DNA from: an uncultured bacterium
Lineage (GTDB): Bacteria; Chloroflexota; Ktedonobacteria; Ktedonobacterales; JADMIN01
Direction: 5' to 3'
DNA length: 64,000 nucleotides
Assembly (NCBI GenBank): GCA_963733745.1
Contig: CAVTFE010000046.1
Location: 113,448-177,447, forward strand
Translations under genes and position numbers: made by a program
In this document: positions 21,820-31,551 of the stretch, in pieces
Numbering within the stretch: position 1 is the stretch's first letter
Layout of the letters: every line of letters begins with the position of its first letter
Notes under the pieces: generated by a model
Databases searched by the model: none
Seen by the model: only the letters and a program-made list of their open reading frames with translations
What the model was told of the DNA's origin: nothing

Positions 21820-22266
21820 ATGGGTTCGAGATCGCGCTTTCGCATACTGGTCGTCGATGATAATCCTGAACTCCTGCGGTCCATACGCTTTGCGCTTGAA
21901 GCGCTGGGAAACTACGAGGTCGAGACGGCGCTCAATGGCGTCGAAGGATTGCAGCGCGCCGTTGACCTGCATCCCGATTGCGTCATCATTGACGTCAAGA
22001 TGCCAGGGATAAACGGCAATCAGCTGGTAACGGTGCTGCGTGGGGACCCGGAGACCGCCGGGATTCCCCTCATAATTTTGTCCGCGCTCGTCCAAGATGA
22101 CGATGTCTTGCGCGGCCACATTGCCGGGGTGGACCAATACCTATCAAAGCCCTTCGTCGTGACGGACTTGATCGCCGCCATTGAGCGCGTCACCCAGATG
22201 ACATCACAAGAGCGTGCGGCGCGGCTGCAACGACTCCTCGATGGAGACGGCGATGACCACAACTGA
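21820..22266 (+). CDS. Single-domain response regulator (canonical Asp)
   Basis: ILVVDD, PDCVIIDVKMPG, GVDQYLSKP. Confidence 0.9.
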   Translation: MGSRSRFRILVVDDNPELLRSIRFALEALGNYEVETALNGVEGLQRAVDLHPDCVIIDVKMPGINGNQLVTVLRGDPETAGIPLIILSALVQDDDVLRGHIAGVDQYLSKPFVVTDLIAAIERVTQMTSQERAARLQRLLDGDGDDHN

Positions 22267-23763
22267 ACAACTTCCCACCTGGGACGTGACCGACAGCGCT
22301 GATCAGGCGCTTGTGACTGGGGCTGTCGCAGTCGAGCAGGGATTCGTCCAGACCTACGAGCGGCAGCGCCAGTTGGGCATGCTGGCTATCCTGGCCCCTG
22401 CGTTCTTAGTGATCTCGACGCTCCTCATTCTTCTCTTCACGGTTTCTGCGCTTCTCTTTCCGAACGTACGCGTCTTTGGCGCAGCGCTTCCCCAGCCATT
22501 GCTGCTGGACGGGCCCTTTACTGCTAGCGGTGGCCTGTCACGCCGTAGCGATCATATTCATTCGCCGTGAACGTATCTTGCTCCCATCTGTCTTGGTCCT
22601 CACCGGAAGCGCGGGCGCCATCGTGGCGATCCTCGTGGTCTGGGTATGGACAAATGGGCTCGACATCTTGGTGATCGTTGGTTTGACCACATTGAGCACG
22701 GTCATTGTGATCGCTGGAGCTCTCGGCAGTCGTGCCTTGATCCTGGCCGTCACAGCGCTCATCAACGTCATTACTGTCATCATCATCGGCGGAGCGCTCA
22801 TAGGAAACGCGCTTGCCCCCTCCGTCGCCGGCGCGGTGCAGACACAGCTTGCGCTGTTCGCTCCTACCATCCTCATGGTCCAGTGGGCGATCGCCGTCAC
22901 GATGATCGCGCAGTGGCGCGCAATGCGGCGCACGCTCCGCGAGGTCGGCATCGCCTACGAGCGCGCGCAACAACTTGATGCGCTGAAAAATCAATTCATC
23001 TCTAGTGTCAATCACGAGCTCCGTACGCCGCTTGCGACACTCCAAACCTATATTCAGACCTGTCTGCTGGGGTGGGATCGCCTCGCGCCGCAGAAGATCC
23101 GCGACGCCTTGCAGCACGCCGATCGGGTGAGTCGCGCGCTCTCCGACCTGGTCAAGGATATCTTGAGCACGCGAACCATTGAACAAGATGGGCAAGCGTA
23201 TCATGCTCGGCTCTGTCAACCTACGTGAGGTCATTGACAAAGCGCTCACCCTCGTCGACCCCAGCGACGGCTCTACGGCGATGCGCGATCTCCATCTGCG
23301 TGTCGCCTCAGATCTCGTGGTCTGGGCCGAGGCGATCAGACTGCAGCAGATCATGACCAATCTCGTCTCGAATGCGCTGAAATACTCTTCTGAAGGAAGC
23401 CCCCTCACCATCGAGGCGCGCATACTCGAACCGGCAAGCCAGGGGCGGCGAGTCACGCGCAGGCTATCTAAGGTGGGCGCAGCCATAGCGCCTGCAATCG
23501 AGATCGTGGTGAGCGATAATGGACTTGGCATCCCGCCGGAGCAGATTCCGCTGCTGTTCCAGCGGTTTGTGCGGCTGCCGCGCGATCTAGCGTCGACGAC
23601 CACCGGCACGGGGCTGGGTTTGTACCTGTGTCGCACCTACATGGAGGCGATGGGAGGGCATATTTGGGTGGAGAGTAGCGGCGTTCCTGGTGAAGGATCG
23701 CGCTTCTATCTCCAACTGCAAACGCCGCCAACTCGTCGATCGGTGATCTCACAAGCCCGCTAG
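22253..23763 (+). CDS. Multi-pass membrane sensor histidine kinase (frameshifts near 22515 and 23190)
   Basis: About six TM segments; VNHELRTP, NLVSNALKYS, DNGLGI, LFQRF, GTGLGLY. Confidence 0.85.
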
Positions 23764-23817
23764 TCGCCTCGAAGCGACACCGTGTATCGCAAGCCAGGGA
23801 AGGAAACTGAGGCTCTC

Positions 23818-25409
23818 ATGGCGCGCGCGCTCCCACCCCGACACCCTGGACTCCCCTATATCGGCGACACGGTCCCGCTGCTCACGAATACGCTTGCCTA
23901 TGTCACGGCGCAGCGGCGTCGCTATGGGGATCTGTGGGGTACGCAGTTTATCGGCCAGCGCGCAGCTGTGGCGATTGGCGCAGAGGCGCAGCGTCAGATA
24001 CTCATGAACAATGCGCAGTTTCCCGCCGCGCCTGGCTACGAGTTCGTCAAGCCGCTGCTGGGGCATTCGCTCTTCGACATGGATGGCGACGAGCATACCC
24101 ACGAGCGACGCGCCATGACGCCGGCCTTCTTGAGTAGCCAACACGCCGCATATCTCACGCGACTCGATGATGCATTTTGAAGAAGGCGCTCAGCGGGTGG
24201 GGGAAATCTGGGGAACGCGTCTTTTATCGGGACGCGCTCGCCGTGATGTTCGCGTTTTCCTGTGCGATTACCATTGGGCTCGATACAAGCCCACAGGCCA
24301 GCGCCGCCGATCAAGGTTTCTTGCGCCACTGGCTCGCCATGCAGGGCGGCCTCCTCAATCCGTTACGGATCGATGTCGTAGGGCTTCCCTGGCGACGCTC
24401 ACTTGCCGCGCGGCGGTGGCTTGACCGCTATCTTCTTGATCTGATAGCACAGCGGCGCGCTGCTGCCTCATCTACTGTGACGCCTGCCGCGTCCGCCGAT
24501 ATGCTTGACCTCCTCCTGCAGACCCAACGGGCCCGCCAGGATAGTACAACTGACAGTGGCGCGGCGCCACTGAGTGATCGGCAGATCGTTGACCATATCA
24601 TCTTGCTGCTCTTCGCCGGCTACGAGACGACAGCGGGCGCGGTTTCCTGGCTACTCATCGAGTTGCTGCGCCAGCCACCGCAAATCCTCGCGCGTGTGCG
24701 TGAGGAAGTCCACGCCGAAGACCATGACGCTCCGGTCACTCTCGAGGGAATGAAGAGCACACGGTATCTGGATGCGGTGATCAAGGAGACATTGCGCCTG
24801 CATCCAGCACAGCACGTGAGCATTCGCGGCGTCAGCGCGCCATGGTCCTATGCCGGTCGGGTCGTGCCAGCAGGCTGGAGCGTCATGATCGCGCCGATGT
24901 ACACGCACCGAATGCCTGAGTACTTCGCAGACCCCGAGCGATTCGACCCAGAGCGGTTCCTGCCACCACGTGAGGAGGACCGGGCGCACCCCTATGCGCT
25001 GGTCGAGTTCGGCGGTGGGGCGCACGCCTGTCTGGGGTCAGGCATCGCCAAATTGGTGATGAAGGCGATGGTGACCAAGTTGTTGCGCCGCTATGAACTG
25101 ACCCTTGTCCCTGGGCAGGACTTCACCCCCGTCTTCATTCCCGCTGGCCGTCCTCGCGGCGGCGCACGCGTCCGCTACTCACAGGTATCGTGGGCTCCAG
25201 ACGTCACAGAGCAGGAGACAGACCTCAAGCGCGCGACAGATGTGCGTAGAATGAGCCATGATGGCGCCAGACGTACGAGACAAGGCCGTAACTGGACCCT
25301 GCTCGGTGTGGCGCTCGTCGCTGGCGCGCTGGCCGTGGCGCTCGTCGTGATCCTTCTCAAGAGGCGCGGAATGAGCAGCAGACACATCACAAGGATGCCC
25401 GGTGTTTGA
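23818..25409 (+). CDS. Cytochrome P450 (frameshift near 24177) with C-terminal hydrophobic extension
   Basis: AGYETT I-helix, ETLR (ExxR), PERF, FGGGAHACLG heme-Cys. Confidence 0.9.
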
Positions 25410-26595
25410 CTGGCGATCCATCGCAACTACATTGCGCCCCGGTCGTGAGACCGAGAGTCAACGCCGGCAAGCGGCGCGCGCCCAGGCGATCGAGCCACTG
25501 CTCCGCACGGCGACCGCGACGTTGGTCGCAGCCAACCCGTCATTCGAGCGCTATGTCAGCCAGAGTGTGTTCTTCGCCACGGCGTGCGCGCCGCAGACGC
25601 TCGTCGATGATGATGCGGCCCTGCTGGCCTATCTCATCTGGTGGATCTTCATCACCGATACCTATATTGATCAGGAGGACCGGCCATTTCTGTATAACGC
25701 CGAACAGATTGAGCGTACGCTGTTATCGTGCCTGCCAACCCTCGTGCGCCGCCATGGCGAGAGCGAACTTCGCCGCATTGGCTGGCCGTCTCTCCCGCCT
25801 GCCACCTGGCTGGATACCGAGTCAGCGCTCCCGATAGAGGGTGCAAATAAGCTGGGTGAGGAGCGCGTCTTTAGCGACGCCTTGACGCAGTGGCTGGAGA
25901 GGGTCGCTCAGCGTGGTGTTGGTCTGCGGCGGATCGCACGGCAGATCGCGCGCTGCATCGGCTCGATGCGCCAGGAGCTCGCCTGGTCCTGCGCGCTGAG
26001 CCAACGTGCCCCGCGTTCGCGCCTGCCAACACTTGACCAGTATCTTCTGGTCGCTGCGCGTACTACTGGATTGCACCCCACCGCTGCGCTCGTCGCCTCG
26101 CTGGCATCCCTGTCTGGTCAGGCGTATCGGCGCGCATGGCTCCTGGTCGAGCGCGCGGCGCCCATAATCCGCTTAGCCAATGATCTCGCGTCCGATGACA
26201 CAGATGGGATGGAGAGCCATCTCACTGCGCTCCACGCGGCGCACTGCGAACAGGCAGGCGCATTTGCGCTGGCGCATGGCTTGACGACCGAGGATAAGCG
26301 CTATGCGCGCTCAGTAGTCGCAAGCGCGCTGCAGCGGCGATTACGCGCCTTTGCCGCATCACTTGAAGATGTAGCAGGGAGTGAAGGGCCGTCCACCGAT
26401 GCCCTCTCGCAATTCGTCACGCGTACGCTCGCAACGTCGCTGGCTGCCTATGGTGACGGAAGCGATTATGTGACGTCTGAGCCACTGCGTCTGGTCGAGC
26501 CATCCCTTCAAGCTATCGGAGCCGACTCCGATGCCGAGTTTACGCCTTATTTCGACCTTTCCGTCGGGTATGCTGACCAGCCGATTGCCCATTGA
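25402..26595 (+). CDS. Class I terpene synthase/cyclase-like protein
   Basis: WIFITDTYIDQED (Asp-rich motif), YL...R..G, IRLANDLASDDTD (NSE/DTE-like motif); start overlaps the P450 stop. Confidence 0.7.
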   Translation: MFDWRSIATTLRPGRETESQRRQAARAQAIEPLLRTATATLVAANPSFERYVSQSVFFATACAPQTLVDDDAALLAYLIWWIFITDTYIDQEDRPFLYNAEQIERTLLSCLPTLVRRHGESELRRIGWPSLPPATWLDTESALPIEGANKLGEERVFSDALTQWLERVAQRGVGLRRIARQIARCIGSMRQELAWSCALSQRAPRSRLPTLDQYLLVAARTTGLHPTAALVASLASLSGQAYRRAWLLVERAAPIIRLANDLASDDTDGMESHLTALHAAHCEQAGAFALAHGLTTEDKRYARSVVASALQRRLRAFAASLEDVAGSEGPSTDALSQFVTRTLATSLAAYGDGSDYVTSEPLRLVEPSLQAIGADSDAEFTPYFDLSVGYADQPIAH

Positions 26596-26784
26596 CCGCT
26601 GGAATCGTACGAGGGCGCGGGCAAGCGTTCGGGAGACAGCGCGAAGCCAGGCGAGTGCGACTCCATCGTCGACGCCAACGACCTACGTCTTCTTGTGGCG
26701 CCGCATATAGGCGCCATGACGTGTGCGCCGGTGTTCGAGTCATGGGTCCACATGGGCGCGCTCAAGCCGCACTCCGCGCAGGAG

Positions 26785-29439
26785 TCATCCTCCCTCAGGC
26801 CCAAGCTCCTGGCGCGCCAAGGCAGTAGCGGCATCGAGGGTGAACGCCTGGCCTTCCGCGAAGAAGATCGCCAGCGCGCTTTCGTCAACCGCGGCGCGCA
26901 AGCTATCCAGATCACGTTGGCGCAGATCACGCTCAGCGGGGTCGAGTAGACGCGGCGCAACGTCGCGGTGGGCTACAGCCGCTCCATGCAGACGCGCCGC
27001 ACGTTCCAGCGCGCCGCGCTGACAGGCGAGGGTTCCCACTCGCTCGACCAGCCACCACAGATACTCGCTTGCGTCTGTTCGATGTACGAGCGCTGCCAGC
27101 GCCTGCGCCAGGTCGCCCAGCGCCGATGTGACGTCTCCGTGGGCGAGAGCAAGGCTGGCGCGAAAGTAGCGGACGCGGGCGGCGCCGACGACGCCGCCGA
27201 GCGCGTCAAAGGTATCGACAGCCTCATCCAGGTAGGCGCCAGCGACCGTCGCATCACCCAGACGCCAGTAGGCGCGTCCCAGTGTCCAGGCGCAGTTCGC
27301 TACCCAGTAATCGCTGCGTTCCAGCGCACAGCATCGATACGCTGGCGTTGTCACCTCAATGGCGCGCAGCGGTTCGTCCAGAACGACCAGCGCCTCACCG
27401 AGACCGTTCCAGGTGGCGGCGCGGGCAATTTCACTCTCACCCACCGCACGACTCAGCGCAAGGCTCTCCTCATAATAGGCCAGCGCCTCACGTGGCCGGC
27501 CGGTATCGACGTAGAGATTGCCGAGATTGAATAAGGGAAAGATCATGCCCTGTCGCTCGCCGGTCTCACGATACAGGGTCAGGCACTCCTCATACAGCGC
27601 GCGCGCACGCTCGTAGTCATGGAGCTGCGTCACGACGTTGGCCAAGTTGCCCAAAGCGCCAGCGATGTGATTTCTGTCTCCCAACGCGCGCCGCAGCGCG
27701 AGCGCCGCTTCAGCCGCCTCGCACGCGCGATCCAAGCGATCGAGCCGATACGCCATCACCAGCGCGCCGGTCCATGCTTGGGCGAGTTGCTCGCGCTCCT
27801 CCGGACTTCTGGGGGTATCCGCGCGCGCGATGAAGCGCTCCAGCCAGTCCAGACCCTCACGAAACTGGGCGCGCGTATCCCAATAGCGGCGTAGCCGGCT
27901 CACCATCCGCAATCCGTGGTCGATGGCTCCCGTCTCCCATGCCCATGCCAAAGCGGCGCGCACGTTCTCGTATTCCAGTTGCAAAAGCGCGAAAAGCCCC
28001 TCAGGCTGATCCGTCACGCGCACGTCAATGCGCTGGGTAAGGTCGAGGAAATACTCGGCATGGCGCCGTCGCGCCTCATTCCACTCCCCAGTGGCGCGCA
28101 ATTGCTCCTGCGCATAGGCTTGTAAGGTGACGAGCTGGGTGTAGCGCTGTGTGTCCCCGGTATCCGTGCGGCGCAGGAGGTGGGCGTCGACGAGCATGGC
28201 GAGGTCTGCCAACAGCGCCTCTGTTGTCCATTCGGTCACAGCCGCGACTGCGTCCACACTCGCGCCACCCACAAACACGCCCAGCCAGCGAAACAGCCGT
28301 TGTCTTTCTGCGCTCAGCAGGTTATAGCTCCACGCAATAGTCGAGCGCATCGTACGCTGATGATCGGCGAGATCCTGTGGACCATCCGTCAGAATCTCCA
28401 GAAATGACGGTTGCGCCACCCATTCCTCCAGGCGTCGCAATCCCACATGTCTGACGCGTGCGGCGGCCAACTCGATGGCGAGCGGCAGCCCGTCCAGCCG
28501 CGCGCAGATGTCAGCGACCAGGCGCCCTTCTTCCAGGGTTGTAAGGGTGAAATCAGGTTGTGCCGCGACCGCGCGCTCGACGAACAGCGCCACCGCTGGG
28601 ACAGTGCGCAGGTCATCGAGAGAGTCTAGCTGTGTGGAATCGGGGAGGGCGAGTGGCGTGACAGGATAGCAGCGCTCACCACGCACATTCAAGGGCCAGC
28701 GGCTCGTTACGAGCGCTTTGACTCCCAGACTGCCGATGAGCAGCTCTAACACGATACGTGCGGCGGAGAGCACTTGCTCGAAATTATCCAATACCAATGT
28801 GACGTGTCGCTGTCGTAACGTGTGAATCACCGTGTCGCGTAGGGACAGACCTCCGCTCTCCTGAATGCCGAGCGCCCCAGCGATGACTGGCAGCGCGCGG
28901 TCAGGATCGTGCACTGGAATGAGATCAACAAAGACAACCTCTTGTCGCCGCTCCTGCCGCAGCCGCATCGCCACACGCAATGCCAGGCGTGTCTTTCCGA
29001 CACCAGCGGCGCCCGTCAACGTGAGCAGCCGGGTCGTTGGATCATCCAACATGCTCAGCAGCGCGTCCTCGTCGCGCTCGCGCCCAAAGAGCGGCGTCAA
29101 TGGAACAGGGAGATTTCCCTCGACTCGCGCAATGCCGCCTGCGCTTCCGGAGGGCGCCGTGTCAATTGCAGCGGCCTGCTGGTCTGCGCCTCTCTCTGCC
29201 CAGCGCGCTTGCCGCGCCGCCACATCAAAGATCGCAGCCTCCTCTGGACTCAGTTTGAATGCGGCTACGAGCAATTCCACGGTGCCTCTTTGGGGCGCCT
29301 GGGTCAGTCCACGCTCCAGCATGCTGATCGCTTCAGGACTCACGCCTGCGCGTCCGGCGAGTTCTTCTTGCGTGAGGCGCCGCTCACGCCGGTAGCGACG
29401 GAGTAGCGTGGCGAAGCCGGGCGCATCGTTGCCTGCCAT
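26785..29439 (-). CDS. XRE-HTH / STAND (NB-ARC-like) ATPase / TPR regulator
   Basis: LTQEELA..AGVS...IS.LERG; Walker A GAAGVGKT; Walker B LVLDNFEQ; LDGLPLAIELAAAR; C-terminal TPRs. Confidence 0.9.
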   Translation of the reverse strand: MAGNDAPGFATLLRRYRRERRLTQEELAGRAGVSPEAISMLERGLTQAPQRGTVELLVAAFKLSPEEAAIFDVAARQARWAERGADQQAAAIDTAPSGSAGGIARVEGNLPVPLTPLFGRERDEDALLSMLDDPTTRLLTLTGAAGVGKTRLALRVAMRLRQERRQEVVFVDLIPVHDPDRALPVIAGALGIQESGGLSLRDTVIHTLRQRHVTLVLDNFEQVLSAARIVLELLIGSLGVKALVTSRWPLNVRGERCYPVTPLALPDSTQLDSLDDLRTVPAVALFVERAVAAQPDFTLTTLEEGRLVADICARLDGLPLAIELAAARVRHVGLRRLEEWVAQPSFLEILTDGPQDLADHQRTMRSTIAWSYNLLSAERQRLFRWLGVFVGGASVDAVAAVTEWTTEALLADLAMLVDAHLLRRTDTGDTQRYTQLVTLQAYAQEQLRATGEWNEARRRHAEYFLDLTQRIDVRVTDQPEGLFALLQLEYENVRAALAWAWETGAIDHGLRMVSRLRRYWDTRAQFREGLDWLERFIARADTPRSPEEREQLAQAWTGALVMAYRLDRLDRACEAAEAALALRRALGDRNHIAGALGNLANVVTQLHDYERARALYEECLTLYRETGERQGMIFPLFNLGNLYVDTGRPREALAYYEESLALSRAVGESEIARAATWNGLGEALVVLDEPLRAIEVTTPAYRCCALERSDYWVANCAWTLGRAYWRLGDATVAGAYLDEAVDTFDALGGVVGAARVRYFRASLALAHGDVTSALGDLAQALAALVHRTDASEYLWWLVERVGTLACQRGALERAARLHGAAVAHRDVAPRLLDPAERDLRQRDLDSLRAAVDESALAIFFAEGQAFTLDAATALARQELGPEGG

Positions 29440-29679
29440 GCTCTCCCTCCGTCGCCCTGCACGCGTTCCTGCGGCCATTGCGGCCATTGTAGCACTGCTC
29501 CCCAGCGCCATCTCAGTTGTTCACCGGTGACTCACCCATGCCATCTTCCGCCCACTTTTGCGGGTGATAGTACGGATCCTCCGTGGTGTGCGCGTCATGC
29601 CCAAGGCATACTGCCTCAAAGCGGCGAGCGGCAACCTTCCGGCGGAGTGACGCGTTGACAGCGACTGGAGTGTTGGGCG

Positions 29680-30496
29680 ATGGACGGCGAGTCTGAGGCT
29701 CCTCCGCTCGTCGGATCGCAACTGGCGCGCGCCGAGCGCGTCCTGGCGAGCGCTGGCTTGCCTGCCCCACAAGACGAGGCGCGGTCACTGCTTGGCGCGC
29801 TACTCGATACCTCAACCGCGTTGCTCCTTGCCCAGCCTGATCGCGGTATGAGCCCGGTTGGAGGTCGAGGCCTACGCCACGTGGATTGCGCGTCGGGTGG
29901 CAGGAGAGGCGCTCGCGCACATTACCGGCCATCTGGCGTTTATGGGGTTGGACATCACCATGGACCAACAGAGTCCGCTGCCCCCGCCAGATGCGCAGCA
30001 AGTGGTGGAGGCAGCGCTGGATTGGGCGCGTCGGAGTGGCTCGCGCGAACTCTTGGCTGCGGAGATTGGCGCGGGATGCGGAGCCATCTCCCTTGCTCTG
30101 GCCGCATTCGAGCCGCGCTTCACGCGGATCTACGCGATTGACTCTTCGGCTGAGGCGCTGCGGATCGCCTCCGACAATGGCGCGCGCTACCTGCTCAATC
30201 TGGTCATCCACTGGATAGAAGGAGACAACCTCGATGTGATTCGTGAGCCGGTGGATCTGGTCATCAGCGCCCACAGGGAAATGGCGCTCACTCCGAGATT
30301 CACCCAACTGTTGCAGCAGGCGCCGGCCAAGGTGCGACCTGGTGGCGCGCTGATATGTAGCGTCGACACCGCCTCTCAAGCAGAGGTGACCGCACATCTG
30401 AGAGGCGCTTTGCCGGGGGCGGAGGTGTATGTGAATCCCCGATTAGATGGAACGATTGTCGTGGTGGCGCAGACGTTGCGTCATCCCGCACAGTGA
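29680..30496 (+). CDS. PrmC/HemK-like methyltransferase paralog with degenerate motifs (frameshift near 29860)
   Basis: RRVAGEALAHITG..FMGL and EIGAGCGAI SAM loop; NPPY replaced by AHRE. Confidence 0.65.
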
Positions 30497-30520
30497 TGCG
30501 GCATATGAGACCAGGAGGGA

Positions 30521-31037
30521 ATGTCAAAGGTCATGAAGGTCCGGCACAGCGCCCTAAATTGTGTCATGCTCATGCTGGCGCTAGGCAGCATGTTGGCTGT
30601 GACTGCGTGCGGTTCAGGTACAGGGACCACTGGCGGTTCGACTGGTAACGGAACGCCGACCGTCGCAGCCACAGCGACGGCGAAGCCCAAGCCCACCGCT
30701 GTCCCGCACCTCACCGTGGAGTATTGCCAGCAACTCATGTCGTTGAGACGAGATGAACACCCTCTTCAAGCCGCCAGCCTCAGCCAGTACGATCGTCCCG
30801 ACGAACGGCGACACCGGCGGCGCATGCAACTACGAAGTCGCGAAGACCAACATCCCGCTCATCATCTACTTCCTCGAGTGGAAGGGACCTAACCCCATTC
30901 CCCAGAGTGATATCGAAGCCGCGCTAGCCCAGGCCACTGGTACCGACCTTACATTCACTGTCACTACACCCGTGACTGGCATAGGCGATCAGGCAGAGTA
31001 TGTTGAAGCGACGGGGCGAGGGACCAGCGCTGGATAG
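30521..31037 (+). CDS. Putative lipoprotein (frameshifted near 30745, possibly truncated)
   Basis: Hydrophobic signal ending VTAC, Gly/Thr-rich linker, C...C and GIGDQA segment. Confidence 0.55.
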
Positions 31038-31551
31038 GGCAGCAGAGAGGTTATTTGCAGGCGATAGCCCAGTCGATGAGCTGCGTGCGGCGCGAATTGG
31101 GTTGGCCGAACGCCGTATGAGGGAGGCGCTGCTCGCATTGGATGAAGCGAGCATGCGTGAGGCGTCAGCGCACGAACTAGCGGCATACACTGCAGCCATG
31201 CAATCAGATCCTACACGATGAGCCCGTCGTTCTCACTGATACTTGCGACCTCGTAGCGAGCTTGCTATGAAGTCTGCAAGATCCTGGCGGTGTGTGGTAA
31301 GTCTCTTGAAAGGATAGTAGGCTCTTACGATGATCTCACCAATCACTATGATGAGCCAGGGAATGGGAGAACTCGTGACACGATCTGTAAACTCGTGTAC
31401 CATCAGCCGAGTTCCCATCCCCTGGGGCATTTGCGCTTGTAGAGTATGGCCACTTGTCATAGTATAGAATACCGGCCCATGTGGCCCCTATCGGTCACTA
31501 TTCATAACATAGGCGTTGCCGGGAATACGCGTTGTCGCAAGGAGGGCGATA

